A stretch of 64,000 nucleotides of DNA from Candidatus Paceibacter sp. (GTDB lineage Bacteria; Patescibacteriota; Minisyncoccia; UBA6257; JAGOQP01), in the NCBI GenBank assembly GCA_020724905.1, contig DYGB01000003.1:1431-65430 (forward strand), written 5' to 3'. The notes beneath the pieces were generated by a model. The model was not told the DNA's origin. It ran no database searches and worked only from the letters and a program-made list of their open reading frames with translations. This document shows positions 9,124-21,808 of this stretch, piece by piece. How positions within the stretch are numbered: position 1 is the first letter of the stretch; every line of letters begins with the position of its first letter. A program made the translations under genes and the position numbers.

Positions 9124-11661
9124 ATGTTTGATACCATTATCAAGCGCAATGGGGAAAAAGTGTCGTTTGATCAGAGCAAAATCACTGATGCAATTCTGCG
9201 AGCATTTGAAGCTGAAGGGGAGGGAGATAGAAAACTTGCTCAGAGAATATCTGACCTTACCCTTGCATCACTTCAAGATAAGGGGAAAAAGATCCCAAGC
9301 GTTGAAGATGTACAAGATGCTGTTGAAAAAACTCTTATAGAGAAAGGATTTGCAAAAATTGCAAAATCATACATTTTATACAGACGACGACGAGCTGAAA
9401 TTAGAACAGAAAAACAACAAGTCCTTAAAAAAGATACCCTTGATGAGGTAGATAAAACATTTGATGTAAATGCTCTTCGGGTACTTGCATCTCGATACCT
9501 ACGAAAAGATGATGAGGGGACAATTATCGAAACACCAAAAGAACTTTTTGAACGTGTTGCCTTGCATACAGCACTTCCTTCTCTTTTTTATGAAGCAAAA
9601 ATATTTTCAAAGAGAAAGGTGAAAAAAAGTTTTGAAGCTGCAGATGAAAAGAATCCATTCCTTAAAAAGACACTGCGTATTGGATCTTATACACTTAATG
9701 AGTTTCACAAAAAAGGATTGGTACTCCTGTACAATCGTTTTAATGAGAGGGGACAGGTTGCTGTTTCTTTTGATACGATTCTTACAAAATTGGAGAAAGG
9801 AGAATTTGATACCCATGAGAAACAGGTGAAGGAATTTTACAATACCATGGTGCGAAGAAAGTTTCTCCCTAACACTCCAGCGCTTGCAAACTTTGGTAAT
9901 CATCTTGGAATGGGGAGCGCGTGTTTTGTACTTGATGTAGAGGATTCCATTGAACATATTATGGATACCTTAAAATCAGCATCAATTATCTTTAAAGCAG
10001 GTGGTGGTGTTGGATATAATTTTTCTCATCTTCGTCCTGAAGGAGATTTTGTAAAAACAACAGGAGGAGTTGCTTCTGGACCTATTAGTTTTATGAGCAT
10101 GTTTGATAGCATGACTGATGTTATCAAACAGGGAGGAATCCGAAGAGGAGCAAATATGGGCATTGTTAACTCAAACCACCCTGATATTCTCAAGTTCATA
10201 AAAGCAAAAGAGGGGAATAAAGCGTTAAAGAATTTTAATATTTCAGTACTCCTTACCGAGGATTTCTGGGGTTACTATGAAAGTAAAAAACCCTATCCAC
10301 TTCGAAATCCTCGAACCAATAAGATAGTAGCGACTGTTGACCCACAACAACTCTTTAACTTACTGGTATACCAAGCATGGGAATCAGCTGAACCCGGAGT
10401 GCTCTTTGCTGACAGAGCAAATGCATACAATCCATTTAAAGATCACCTTGGTCCTATTGAAACAACAAATCCATGTGGAGAGGTTTTACTCTATCCAAAT
10501 GAATCATGTAACCTTGGATCTATTAACGTGTGGTCATTTGTTCATGCTGATGATAAAGGAAAGCCACAGTTTGATTGGGAGGGTCTTAGGGAAACAATTG
10601 AAACAGCAGTACGATTTCTTGATAACGTGACTGATGTTAATAGGTATCCTCTTAAAAGTATAGAAGAGATGACACTCTTTACCAGAAAGATTGGTCTTGG
10701 AGTCATGGGAGTTGCTGATGCACTTTATGAATTAGAACTCCCGTATAACGGGAAAGCGGGGCTTTCCTTCATGGAGAAATTAATGGAGTTTGTAAATTAT
10801 CATTCGAAAGTTGTATCTGTTCAGTTAGCTCGTGAGCGAGGAGCACTTCCTGCACTTAAAAAATCATTTTATCCAGAGGGGAAACTGCCATTTGCAGGAT
10901 TTGATGATAAAAAGGGACAAACACTTCCATGGAGCGCACTCAGTAAAGATGTGAAAAAGTATGGTATCCGTAATGGATATACAACAGTTATTGCTCCAAC
11001 AGGATCAATTTCTATGATTGCAGGGTGTTCATCAGGGATAGAGCCTGTCTACAGTCTTGTCTTTGAAAAACATGTTTCGGTAGGGAGTTTTTACTACGTT
11101 GATCCTGTGTTTGAGAAAGCAATGCAGAAAGAAGGTCTTATGGGAGATGATCTCATTAAAGATGTGGCTCAAAACAAAGGAAGTATAAAACAATTCTCAT
11201 ATATTCCTCCAAAGTTAAAAAAGATATTTGTTACCGCACAGGACATTACTCCTCCTGATCATATTCGAGCCCTTGCTGCATTTCAAAAATGGGTAGACTC
11301 ATCTATCTCAAAGACAAATAACTTTCCATCAGATGCAACGATTCAAGATGTAAAAGATGTATACCTTCTTGCGTACAAGATGGGATGTAAAGGAGTTACC
11401 GTGTATCGAGACGGATCAATTCAGAGCCAGGTACTCGTTTCAGGTGATGGAAAGGAAAAGAAACAAAAGAAACCATCAGAAACAACACTCACCTCAAAGA
11501 AAGATGAAAAGGCACAAGGTCTTTCAGTATACAGCGAATCTTCAGCGCATGAGAGTGAGAATGGACTCGATCTTTCCCCAACATTAATGTCCTATGAAGA
11601 AGAAGGGGAGGATGATATTGATCTTAATGGTCCAGTATCATGTAAATTATGTAATCTATAA
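9124..11661 (+). CDS. nrdJ: adenosylcobalamin-dependent (class II) ribonucleotide reductase with ATP cone
   Basis: ATP cone IIKRNG..FD.SKI, PNTPAL, RRGANMG, TNPCGE, APTGSIS, C-terminal CxxC. Confidence 0.9.
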   Translation: MFDTIIKRNGEKVSFDQSKITDAILRAFEAEGEGDRKLAQRISDLTLASLQDKGKKIPSVEDVQDAVEKTLIEKGFAKIAKSYILYRRRRAEIRTEKQQVLKKDTLDEVDKTFDVNALRVLASRYLRKDDEGTIIETPKELFERVALHTALPSLFYEAKIFSKRKVKKSFEAADEKNPFLKKTLRIGSYTLNEFHKKGLVLLYNRFNERGQVAVSFDTILTKLEKGEFDTHEKQVKEFYNTMVRRKFLPNTPALANFGNHLGMGSACFVLDVEDSIEHIMDTLKSASIIFKAGGGVGYNFSHLRPEGDFVKTTGGVASGPISFMSMFDSMTDVIKQGGIRRGANMGIVNSNHPDILKFIKAKEGNKALKNFNISVLLTEDFWGYYESKKPYPLRNPRTNKIVATVDPQQLFNLLVYQAWESAEPGVLFADRANAYNPFKDHLGPIETTNPCGEVLLYPNESCNLGSINVWSFVHADDKGKPQFDWEGLRETIETAVRFLDNVTDVNRYPLKSIEEMTLFTRKIGLGVMGVADALYELELPYNGKAGLSFMEKLMEFVNYHSKVVSVQLARERGALPALKKSFYPEGKLPFAGFDDKKGQTLPWSALSKDVKKYGIRNGYTTVIAPTGSISMIAGCSSGIEPVYSLVFEKHVSVGSFYYVDPVFEKAMQKEGLMGDDLIKDVAQNKGSIKQFSYIPPKLKKIFVTAQDITPPDHIRALAAFQKWVDSSISKTNNFPSDATIQDVKDVYLLAYKMGCKGVTVYRDGSIQSQVLVSGDGKEKKQKKPSETTLTSKKDEKAQGLSVYSESSAHESENGLDLSPTLMSYEEEGEDDIDLNGPVSCKLCNL

Positions 11662-11663
11662 TT

Positions 11664-12107
11664 ATGAGTTCTCCTGAGCGTATACGAAATGTTGTTGCAA
11701 GTATCATTGGGATACTTGCTTTTGGGGGCCTTTTTAATGCGCTTGCTATCTTTCATCAGTGGTACGGGGAAGCTGAAGAAAGTATTTCATGTGTGTTTGG
11801 AGGAGGGTGTGATACTGTTCTTTCTTCTTCCTATGCATCTTTATTCTCTATTCCTCTTAGTGTCTGGGGGATAGCATACTATCTCATTATTCTAACTCTC
11901 GTGCTTATATTTCTTGGAAGAAAGAATATCCATGTAATACGTCTTTTGATGGTAGGGGTGTTATGTGGACTTGCATTCTCCCTCTATCTTTTTTTGATAC
12001 AGGCACTCGTGCTTGGGACATTTTGTTCATCCTGTCTTCTCTCTTTTGCTGATGTTATCCTTATGACAGGTCTTATCATGGGATTTTTTAAACATATCGT
12101 ACGATGA
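11664..12107 (+). CDS. vitamin K epoxide reductase (VKOR) family protein
   Basis: C..GGGCDTVLSS.YA, CSSC motif, four hydrophobic segments. Confidence 0.88.
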   Translation: MSSPERIRNVVASIIGILAFGGLFNALAIFHQWYGEAEESISCVFGGGCDTVLSSSYASLFSIPLSVWGIAYYLIILTLVLIFLGRKNIHVIRLLMVGVLCGLAFSLYLFLIQALVLGTFCSSCLLSFADVILMTGLIMGFFKHIVR

Positions 12108-12976
12108 AATCACTTCGAGATACAGCACAAGAAGCAGTAGCGAATTATAAAGCAATTGGTCATTTTAATATTTCAAATAGAGAGGGCTTTAATGCAGTAT
12201 GTCTCGCAGCACAGAAAAAGAATGCCCCAGTTATCATAGGTCTTTCTGAAGGAGAAAGAGAGTTTCTTGGGCTTGATATAGTGGTTCGTATGGTACAGGA
12301 GGCACGAGAAACATATCAGATTCCACTCTATCTCAATGCAGATCATACACATTCACTTAAAGCTGTATATGAAGCAGTCCAGGCAGGATGTGATGCAGTA
12401 CTCTTTGATGGGACAGGTATGTCATGGGAAGAAAATATAGAACAGACAAAGAAGGCTCGGGAATATATAGATGCATATAATAAAAAACAAGGGACTGATG
12501 TTCTTTTAGAAGCTGAGGTAGGATATATTGGATCAGGTTCAGTTATTTTTGAAGATCTTCCAAAAGGAGTATCTCTTGATGATGCTTCTTTGACTACCCC
12601 TCAACAGGCAGAGACATTTGTGAAAGAAACAGGGGTAGATTTATTTGCTCCTGCGGTAGGGAATGTACATGGCATGTATAAAAATAAGAAGAATCCAGAA
12701 CTTGATACTAAACGCATTGGACAGATTGTAGAGCAGATAGATGCACATCTTGTCCTTCATGGGGGATCAGGGATTGATGATACTAATATGAAGGATGCTA
12801 TTAAAGCAGGAATAGGAATCGTTCATGTGAGTACTGAATTGAGAATTACCTGGAAGGAGGGGATTGAGGAAGCATTTGGAAAAGGAGAACTCGCTCCCTA
12901 CAAGGTAGCAGCATACGCACAAAAGAAGATGCAAGATGTTATTGAAACAAAATTAGCATTGTATGGATGGAACTAA
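12104..12976 (+). CDS. fba: class II fructose-bisphosphate aldolase
   Basis: LNADH, EAEVGYIG, AVGNVHG, LVLHGGSG. Confidence 0.92.
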   Translation: MKSLRDTAQEAVANYKAIGHFNISNREGFNAVCLAAQKKNAPVIIGLSEGEREFLGLDIVVRMVQEARETYQIPLYLNADHTHSLKAVYEAVQAGCDAVLFDGTGMSWEENIEQTKKAREYIDAYNKKQGTDVLLEAEVGYIGSGSVIFEDLPKGVSLDDASLTTPQQAETFVKETGVDLFAPAVGNVHGMYKNKKNPELDTKRIGQIVEQIDAHLVLHGGSGIDDTNMKDAIKAGIGIVHVSTELRITWKEGIEEAFGKGELAPYKVAAYAQKKMQDVIETKLALYGWN

Positions 12977-14138
12977 AAGAGGATTTACTCTTGTTGAGAT
13001 TCTTATCGCTATTGCCATTTTGGGTATTCTTTCTGCTGCATCATTTGTTGCAATAAATCCATCTGAACGATTTAAACAGTCTCGGGATACTGAGCGGGTT
13101 GCAGACATTTCAAACTTGAATACGTTAATAAGTCAGAAAAGATATTCTCATGTACGACGTGATTTGGGGAATGCTCAGGTAGTATATATTTCTCTTCCTG
13201 ATACATCTGCAACCTGTAGTTCATATACACTCCCTACACTTCCCTCAGGATGGTCATATGCATGTGTTGCCCAAGAAGATGTGCTCAATGTTGATGGGAC
13301 AGGATGGCTTCCTGTAGATATATCAGAATCACGAGCAATGAGTGCACTTCCTCTTGATCCGCTTAATACGCAAGACTATTTCTATGCCTATACTATTGAT
13401 AGTAATGAGGCGTTTGTATTAACATCAGCGCTTGAATCAGAAGAGAAGTTAAAAGGAACAGCTACAACTGATGGAGGAAATGATGATGTACGATTTGAAA
13501 AGGGGACTAATCTTGCTCTGTGGAGTGAAACACTCTCTTTGTTGGGGAAATGGAATCTTAATGATGGAAGTGGCTCAGTTGCAAAAGATGCATCTTCTGA
13601 ACAGAATGATGGGACAGTTTATAGTGGGGTATGGGAACAGGAGGATTGTATCTCAGGAGGATGTCTGTCATTTTCAGGGGCAACGTGGGTTGATTTAGGC
13701 AATTTGGGTGATCCTAATGCAGGAACAATTGCTTTATGGTTTAAGAAACCAAATATAAATTCGGGAGCTCAGTACTTTCTTGATGGAAGGGGAACGGGGA
13801 ATTGGTGGTTTTTACAAGACTATGTTTCTGGATCATGTACCGATTCAAATGGGAATGCCTGTTTTTATGGTAGAGTTCAAGCTCCATCTTCCTCTTTTTC
13901 CAATAATACGTGGCACCATCTTGTTTTAACAACAGACGGAAGTGCATCAAATATATATGTAGATGGAGATCTTATATCATCAGGATCAGGACTAGATCCT
14001 AACTTTACATCTGTGCGAGTGGGTGCTCGCTATACGACCACAAGTTTTTTTGTAGGGACGATGGATGAGATTGCATTATATGGAAGAGCGCTGACAGCCA
14101 CAGAAATAAATTCTCTATACAAGGCCCAATCAGAATAA
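12963..14138 (+). CDS. type IV pilin-like protein with C-terminal LamG/concanavalin-like domain
   Basis: RG-FTLVEILIAI prepilin signal; WHHLVLT..YVDG..MDEIALYGRALT..EI. Confidence 0.88.
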   Translation: MDGTKRGFTLVEILIAIAILGILSAASFVAINPSERFKQSRDTERVADISNLNTLISQKRYSHVRRDLGNAQVVYISLPDTSATCSSYTLPTLPSGWSYACVAQEDVLNVDGTGWLPVDISESRAMSALPLDPLNTQDYFYAYTIDSNEAFVLTSALESEEKLKGTATTDGGNDDVRFEKGTNLALWSETLSLLGKWNLNDGSGSVAKDASSEQNDGTVYSGVWEQEDCISGGCLSFSGATWVDLGNLGDPNAGTIALWFKKPNINSGAQYFLDGRGTGNWWFLQDYVSGSCTDSNGNACFYGRVQAPSSSFSNNTWHHLVLTTDGSASNIYVDGDLISSGSGLDPNFTSVRVGARYTTTSFFVGTMDEIALYGRALTATEINSLYKAQSE

Positions 14139-14195
14139 ACTTGCTTTTTTCCCTCCTTTCCGGTAGTCTAGCTTGTGTATTAAAGACAGACACTT

Positions 14196-14840
14196 ATGTT
14201 TCAATTAAAAGCTGAAAAAAGAGAACGTGTAGGAACACAACTTGCAGCCCTCAGAGAAGAAGGGAAAATTCCTGCTGAAATCTATGGAGAGGGGATTGAT
14301 GAGAATATTCATCTCTTTATTAACGAAAAAGAGTTTCTTGGTGTATTTAAAGAAGCAGGAGAAAGCTCTATCGTTGAAGTTGAATTTGAAGGAAAGAAAA
14401 TTCCAGTTATTATTCATGACCTTCAAAAAGATCAGCTAGGAGATAGGTTTCTTCATATTGACCTCTATGCTGTTGATATGAATAAAGAAATTACCGCTGA
14501 AATTCCACTTCACTTTATCGGAGAATCACCACTTGCACGCACAGGAAGCGCTGTACTTGTAAAATCACTGAATGAAATTGAAGTTGAAACACTTCCATCT
14601 CATCTTCCTCAGCATGTTGATATTGATGTTTCAGTACTTGTTGAATTGAACGATACGATCCATGTGAAAGATCTCTCACTTCCAAAAGAAGTTAAGGTTC
14701 TCACAGACCCTGAAACAGTTATCGTATCAGCAACAGAAATACAAGAAGAAGAACCAGAAGAGGTAGAAACTCCAGAAGAGGAGGGAGCAAAGGAAGAATC
14801 TTCAGAGAAAGAGGTCTCAGAAGAAGAAGCAAAAGAATAA
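14196..14840 (+). CDS. rplY: 50S ribosomal protein L25/Ctc
   Basis: LREEGKIPAEIYG, LHIDLYAV, acidic tail. Confidence 0.93.
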   Translation: MFQLKAEKRERVGTQLAALREEGKIPAEIYGEGIDENIHLFINEKEFLGVFKEAGESSIVEVEFEGKKIPVIIHDLQKDQLGDRFLHIDLYAVDMNKEITAEIPLHFIGESPLARTGSAVLVKSLNEIEVETLPSHLPQHVDIDVSVLVELNDTIHVKDLSLPKEVKVLTDPETVIVSATEIQEEEPEEVETPEEEGAKEESSEKEVSEEEAKE

Positions 14841-14900
14841 AACAAATAACCCCTTTAGGGGGTTATTTTTTTATGAGAGAGGAAATGATATACTTGTAGC

Positions 14901-16358
14901 ATGAAGCGGGTAGAAAGCGAGTATATGGAAGAACAGAAAAGAACAGTACGTATTCCCTACATGCGTATTCTTTCCTATGTCGTTATTTCTTCTGCTATCT
15001 GTACCTTTGTGTTTGGATCAGCATATGCCCCTATCCAACACTATTCCCTTGCTGCTCCAGATGTTGAATTAGAGAGACAGTCACTTGAGGCACAACTCCG
15101 TGCACTTGAAGAAGAGATTGCTCAAAATGAGGCACAGGTGAATGCGTATCGACAACAAGGACAAACACTTCAGGGAGAAATCAACTCTCTTAATGCAAAA
15201 ATTAGTAGTATTAATCTTCAGATTCGTGCTATTACCCTTACCCTTCAGAGATTAAATGGTGATATTTCCACAACCGAAGAGGAGATTGAAGGAAAAGAAA
15301 ATCAAATAGAAGAATACAAGGAATATTTAAGTAATGTACTTCAGAATCTCTATGAAAATGATCAGCAGAGTGCCATTGAAATGATTATGTCCAATCCTCG
15401 TTTTTCAGATTTTTTTCTTGATGTGAGTAACATGCTTGCACTACAAGATAATCTACGAGGAACCTTAGAGAAAGTTATTGAATTGAAAAACCAACTTATT
15501 ATGCAAAAGGAGGCCCTTGCTCTTGATTACGAAGAAGCAGCAGATCTTCGAGAATATCAGGAGTATCAAAGAAATCTTACCAAACAGATAGAAGATGAGA
15601 AAAAGTATCTCCTTACTATTACAAAAGGACAAGAATCAAAGTATCAACAGATTGTAAATGAAAAGAAGAAAACGGCAACTGAAATTAGAAGCCGTATCTA
15701 CACCCTTATTGGAGGAGGGGAGCTTTCATTTGGAGATGCATATAATCTGGCTAAGATTGCATCAGATGCAACAGGAGTACGTACTGCTATGATTCTTGCG
15801 GTACTTGATCAAGAATCAGCTCTTGGACGAAATGTTGGGCAGTGTACCTATGATGTGAACCCCTACTACCCTGACAGAGCAACAAACAAAACAACAATGC
15901 ATCCAACACGAGATATTCCATCATTTCTTTCTATTCTCTCAGAGCTTCGTAATGCAGGTTCCTATGTTCCAGAGCCTCCTCTAGTATCATGTCCAATTCC
16001 TCGTGATGGAGCCTATGGAGGAGCAATGGGTCCAGCACAGTTTATTCCATCAACATGGGAGATGTATAAAGATAGAGTTGGTTCGGTGACTGGGAATAAT
16101 CCTCCATCTCCATGGAGAAATGTTGATGCCTTTGTGGCAACAGGACTCTATCTCTCTGATGCATACAACTCAGCATCATGTCGAAAGTATGGTACTGATT
16201 ATGATCACATTCTACCCGAAAGAACGCTTCGAGAACGATGTGCGGCAGCACAATACTACGCAGGAGGACGATGGTGGGATTATCGCTTTATCTATGGAGA
16301 CCCTGTTGTTGAGAGAGCAAATCGATTTGAGGAAGATATCAAGATCCTCAATAGTTAA
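14901..16358 (+). CDS. coiled-coil protein with lytic transglycosylase domain
   Basis: N-terminal TM/signal, long coiled coil, QES catalytic Glu, GAMGPAQFIPSTW. Confidence 0.85.
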   Translation: MKRVESEYMEEQKRTVRIPYMRILSYVVISSAICTFVFGSAYAPIQHYSLAAPDVELERQSLEAQLRALEEEIAQNEAQVNAYRQQGQTLQGEINSLNAKISSINLQIRAITLTLQRLNGDISTTEEEIEGKENQIEEYKEYLSNVLQNLYENDQQSAIEMIMSNPRFSDFFLDVSNMLALQDNLRGTLEKVIELKNQLIMQKEALALDYEEAADLREYQEYQRNLTKQIEDEKKYLLTITKGQESKYQQIVNEKKKTATEIRSRIYTLIGGGELSFGDAYNLAKIASDATGVRTAMILAVLDQESALGRNVGQCTYDVNPYYPDRATNKTTMHPTRDIPSFLSILSELRNAGSYVPEPPLVSCPIPRDGAYGGAMGPAQFIPSTWEMYKDRVGSVTGNNPPSPWRNVDAFVATGLYLSDAYNSASCRKYGTDYDHILPERTLRERCAAAQYYAGGRWWDYRFIYGDPVVERANRFEEDIKILNS

Positions 16359-17086
16359 GATTGTTTTCTAAACGCTTTTACGATAGGAGAGAGATCTCCT
16401 GCAAGAATGGTTTCAATATTATGAAACTTCTTTCCAATACGATGATCGGTAATACGATCATTAGGGAAGTTATAAGTTCTAATTTTTTCTGATCGGTCCA
16501 TTGACCCAATTTGTTCTTTTCTAAGTTCTCCAAGAGATGCAGCTTCTTGTTCTCTCATTGCTTCATAGAGTTTTGATCGGAGAATATTCATAGCACTTTC
16601 TTTGTTTGCATTCTGAGAACGTTCTTTTTGAGATGCAACAACAACTCCGGTAGGGATGTGAGTGATACGAACAGCGGTTTCTACCTTGTTTACGTTTTGT
16701 CCTCCAGGTCCAGATGATCGAAAGAATGATATATCAAGATCACTTGGTACAATTTCAACTTTCTGAGGTTCTACCTCTGGGAGGATAGCAACTGAAGCGG
16801 TTGAGGTATGCACGCGCCCTGATTTTTCTGTTGAAGGAACTCTTTGAACTCGATGTACTCCTGATTCTTGTTTGAGTTCGTCATATACGCCATCACCCTT
16901 TATTTTTCCAATAAAGGTTTTATATCCATCAAGAGATGTTTTGTTTGAATCGAGTTCGATAAATTTCCATCCCCTTATTTGGGCATAGCGTTGATACATA
17001 GTGACAAGATTTCCAGCAAAAAGACTGGCTTCATCGCCACCTGCTCCTGCACGAACTTCCATGATAATTGATTGCATACTACGCAA
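16355..17086 (-). CDS. prfA: peptide chain release factor 1 lacking the N-terminal domain
   Basis: [23 protein letters not shown] (PxT), [21 protein letters not shown]; downstream of rpmE. Confidence 0.88.
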   Translation of the reverse strand: MRSMQSIIMEVRAGAGGDEASLFAGNLVTMYQRYAQIRGWKFIELDSNKTSLDGYKTFIGKIKGDGVYDELKQESGVHRVQRVPSTEKSGRVHTSTASVAILPEVEPQKVEIVPSDLDISFFRSSGPGGQNVNKVETAVRITHIPTGVVVASQKERSQNANKESAMNILRSKLYEAMREQEAASLGELRKEQIGSMDRSEKIRTYNFPNDRITDHRIGKKFHNIETILAGDLSPIVKAFRKQS

Positions 17087-17372
17087 CGATTTTCTTTTTC
17101 GTCTCTTTCTTTGTTTGAGTTTTCTTTCGAGATGCTCGTTTTTCTGTTTTGCTTCGAGTTGTTTTCTTTGCAGCTTTTTCTTGTCGTGCCTTAAACTTCT
17201 CTACACGACCAGCAGTATCAATAAGCTTCTTTTTCCCTGTATAGGTAGGATGGCAAGCATAACAAATTTCAACAGAAATTTCTTTATGTGTTGATCCTAT
17301 CGTAAAGGTATTTCCGCATGCGCAAGACACTTTTGCTTTTGGATGATATTCTGGATGAGTTTCCTTTTTCAT
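17079..17372 (-). CDS. rpmE: 50S ribosomal protein L31
   Basis: [29 protein letters not shown]. Confidence 0.95.
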   Translation of the reverse strand: MKKETHPEYHPKAKVSCACGNTFTIGSTHKEISVEICYACHPTYTGKKKLIDTAGRVEKFKARQEKAAKKTTRSKTEKRASRKKTQTKKETKKKIVA

Positions 17373-17423
17373 ATAATAAATAAAATAAATCTACGTTGAG
17401 CAGTGTAGCGCATATAGAGTGTC

Positions 17424-17451
17424 TTGACAAGAGATAAAAGGTGAGTATACT
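17424..17451 (+). promoter_or_regulatory. 16S rRNA promoter
   Basis: TTGACA-16 nt-TATACT about 95 nt upstream of 16S. Confidence 0.65.
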
Positions 17452-17545
17452 AATCTCTTGTGTACACTACAACAGAATAAAGACACAAACATGTATAACA
17501 ACTAGTATATATTTTATATATTTTTCTAGTTGCCTCGTTTATTTT

Positions 17546-19286
<1,741 letters not shown>

Positions 19287-19462
19287 ACTACAACGGTTGA
19301 TCTACATTCGTAGAGGAATTAGTCGAGGATCCTTAAGTTTCGACTCCTCATGGTTACATGAGGTAGGACAACAATAACGAGGCAACTAGAAAAGTATATA
19401 CATGTGTCACACAAAAAACTCCTTTTACTTGAAGGAGTTTTTTGATATGATAGAGGGGAACT

Positions 19463-19852
19463 ATGGAAAACCAGACACCACATACAGTACTGCTTATTGA
19501 GGACGATCAGTTTCTTTCCTCATTATTAAAAAACCGTCTTATCAAAGAAGGGCTTGGAGTCGTTCATGCACGAGATGGAGAAGAGGCACTTGCCTTACTC
19601 ACAGAAAAGAAACCAGATGTTATTCTTCTTGACCTTATCTTGCCAAAGAAATCAGGATTTGAAGTTATGGAGGGGATTCGTCAAGATCCACAATTAGAGA
19701 ATGCTCCTATTATCATCATCTCAAACCTTGGACAACCAGAAGATATTCAGAAAGGGCAGAACTTGGGAGCAGTTGAATATTTCGTAAAAGCTAAAACATC
19801 TATTGATGATTTAGTAAAAAATGTCACATCGTTTCTTTCAGGGGATAAATAG
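19463..19852 (+). CDS. single-domain response regulator receiver
   Basis: LLIEDD, LLDLILP..SGFEV, YFVK. Confidence 0.92.
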   Translation: MENQTPHTVLLIEDDQFLSSLLKNRLIKEGLGVVHARDGEEALALLTEKKPDVILLDLILPKKSGFEVMEGIRQDPQLENAPIIIISNLGQPEDIQKGQNLGAVEYFVKAKTSIDDLVKNVTSFLSGDK

Positions 19853-19933
19853 GTTTTCAACAGAACCATTTCCCTCATAAACAAAAGATGCTACAATAAA
19901 ACATATATTTATTTGGAACTCTAATTTAACTAC

Positions 19934-20491
19934 ATGAATACAAAAGGATTTACACTCGTTGAGCTTCTGGTCGTTATTGGTATTCTAGCTATTTTAACTG
20001 CTGCAGTGGTTATTATCTTAAATCCTGCTGAGTTGTTGAGACAAGCTCGAGACAGTCAACGATTTACTGATCTTGATGCAGTGAGAAATGCTATCTCTCT
20101 CTATCTTGCTGACCGGGGATCAAGTGCTAGCCTTACAGGAAGCGCAAGCAATTGTTATGTGTATACAGGAGGTGCAACTTCAACTGAATGTGGGGGAAGA
20201 TTTGAAAGCTCACAGACAGCTGTCCCAGTAAGTTCGCTCAGCGTTGTTGGTGGTGCGGGTTGGATTCCTATTGATTTTTCAGCCATTTCATCTGGATCAC
20301 CATTATCAGTTCTTCCTCAGGACCCAAGTCATGGAGCAACGTATTACTATGCGTATACAGCAGACAATACATCATATGACTTTGAATTGAATGCCGTTCT
20401 AGAAAGTACAAAATATGTAGGTGATAAAGATGCAAATGATGGAGGAGATAATGTAAATGTGTACGAAGTGGGAAGCGATCTAACTCTATAA
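19934..20491 (+). CDS. type IV major pilin, copy 1
   Basis: KG-FTLVELLVVIGILAIL prepilin signal; Cys pair. Confidence 0.93.
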   Translation: MNTKGFTLVELLVVIGILAILTAAVVIILNPAELLRQARDSQRFTDLDAVRNAISLYLADRGSSASLTGSASNCYVYTGGATSTECGGRFESSQTAVPVSSLSVVGGAGWIPIDFSAISSGSPLSVLPQDPSHGATYYYAYTADNTSYDFELNAVLESTKYVGDKDANDGGDNVNVYEVGSDLTL

Positions 20492-20533
20492 TGGTGATTG
20501 TTATTTCGGTTGGTATTTGTTTAGTACTATTAG

Positions 20534-20560
20534 GAGCGCAGATATTTCTGCGCTCTTTTT
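20534..20560 (+). terminator. intrinsic terminator after pilin 1
   Basis: GAGCGCAGA-TATT-TCTGCGCTC-TTTTT. Confidence 0.8.
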
Positions 20561-20694
20561 ATATTTTTCTCAAAAATAGAGATGTTAATAGATAAGTAGT
20601 CTAATTAAAATAGATTATCCACAGAACCATTTCCCTCATAAACAAAAGATGCTACAATAAAACATATATTTATTTGGAACTCTAATTTAACTAC

Positions 20695-21243
20695 ATGAAT
20701 ACAAAAGGATTTACACTCGTTGAGCTTCTGGTCGTTATTGGTATTCTAGCTATTTTAACTGCTGCAGTGGTTATTATCTTAAATCCTGCTGAGTTGTTGA
20801 GACAAGCTCGAGACAGTCAACGATTTACTGATCTTGATGCAGTGAGAAATGCTATTTCTCTCTATCTTGCTGATCGAGGTTCAAGTGCCAACATTGGGAA
20901 CTCATCACTTTGTTATATATATGACAGCGCAACAAGTACAGCCCTATGTGGTGGTAGATTTGCAACAGGAACAACAACATCTTCTGCAGCACGGACGGTT
21001 GCAGGAAGTGGATGGATTCCTATTAACTTTTCAGCCATTTCATCTGGATCACCACTGTCAGTACTACCCGTTGACCCAAGTAATGGAGCAACATATTACT
21101 ATGCATACAAAGGAAATAGTACATCGTATGATTTTGAGATAAATGCCGTTCTAGAAAGTACAAAATACGTAGGTGATAAAGATGCAAACGACGGAGGAAA
21201 TAGCTCTAGTATCTACGAAGTGGGAAGCGATCTAACTCTATAA
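20695..21243 (+). CDS. type IV major pilin, copy 2
   Basis: Same N-terminus as copy 1, divergent central region. Confidence 0.93.
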   Translation: MNTKGFTLVELLVVIGILAILTAAVVIILNPAELLRQARDSQRFTDLDAVRNAISLYLADRGSSANIGNSSLCYIYDSATSTALCGGRFATGTTTSSAARTVAGSGWIPINFSAISSGSPLSVLPVDPSNGATYYYAYKGNSTSYDFEINAVLESTKYVGDKDANDGGNSSSIYEVGSDLTL

Positions 21244-21806
21244 TGGTGATTGTTATCTCGGTTGGTATTTGTTTAGTACTATTAGGAGCGCAGATATTTC
21301 TGCGCTCTTTTGTATACACGTATAGGAAGGAAATAGCATATGGAACAGTATTGGTACTCGCAGGAACATTATTGTTCCAAACATTTTTACAATACAACAC
21401 ATGGAAAGTAGGTGGACTTGGAGAGTTTCTTCTTCCTCCTCATAACTCAATTGGATATTTTCTTATCTATGTGTTTTTTAGAATATGGGCTCCTTATATC
21501 ATCTCATTTCTTTTTGGAGTGATGCTCGTTGTTGCTATGAAATGGGGAAATAGAAAGAAAGAGGGGGTGCTATTCTTTGATGATGAGTATACTATTGGAT
21601 TTGTAGCAATGGTAAGTGTAGGGTATCCTACTCTGATTCCATTCATACTTGTTTTTCTCTTTTCATATACCTCAATCCTTCTTTTTCAAAGGAAACAAGA
21701 GCGATTTTCATCATATTTTCTGTGGCTTCCGGTGGCTCTGTGTGCTATACTTTTGAGTGAATACATATTTGAAGGTACAGATATGTGGGCACTTCTATCG
21801 ATATAG
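21243..21806 (+). CDS. multi-pass membrane protein in pilus locus
   Basis: Several hydrophobic helices; start overlaps pilin stop (TAATG). Confidence 0.7.
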   Translation: MVIVISVGICLVLLGAQIFLRSFVYTYRKEIAYGTVLVLAGTLLFQTFLQYNTWKVGGLGEFLLPPHNSIGYFLIYVFFRIWAPYIISFLFGVMLVVAMKWGNRKKEGVLFFDDEYTIGFVAMVSVGYPTLIPFILVFLFSYTSILLFQRKQERFSSYFLWLPVALCAILLSEYIFEGTDMWALLSI

Positions 21807-21808
21807 CT

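Larger units (their letters stand above)
19860..21311 (+). repeat. tandem duplication of pilin cassette (promoter + pilin + terminator), 5' offset 761 nt
   Basis: 19860-~20093 identical to 20621-~20854; 3' ends and ~70 nt downstream also duplicated. Confidence 0.92.

Noticed and set aside
9124-11661. Intein in RNR (also checked gyrB and dnaE)
   Set aside because: No C/S...HN intein boundaries, and lengths are normal
20615-20623. TTATCCACA DnaA box before pilin 2
   Set aside because: Single box with no cluster or dnaA nearby; insufficient for oriC
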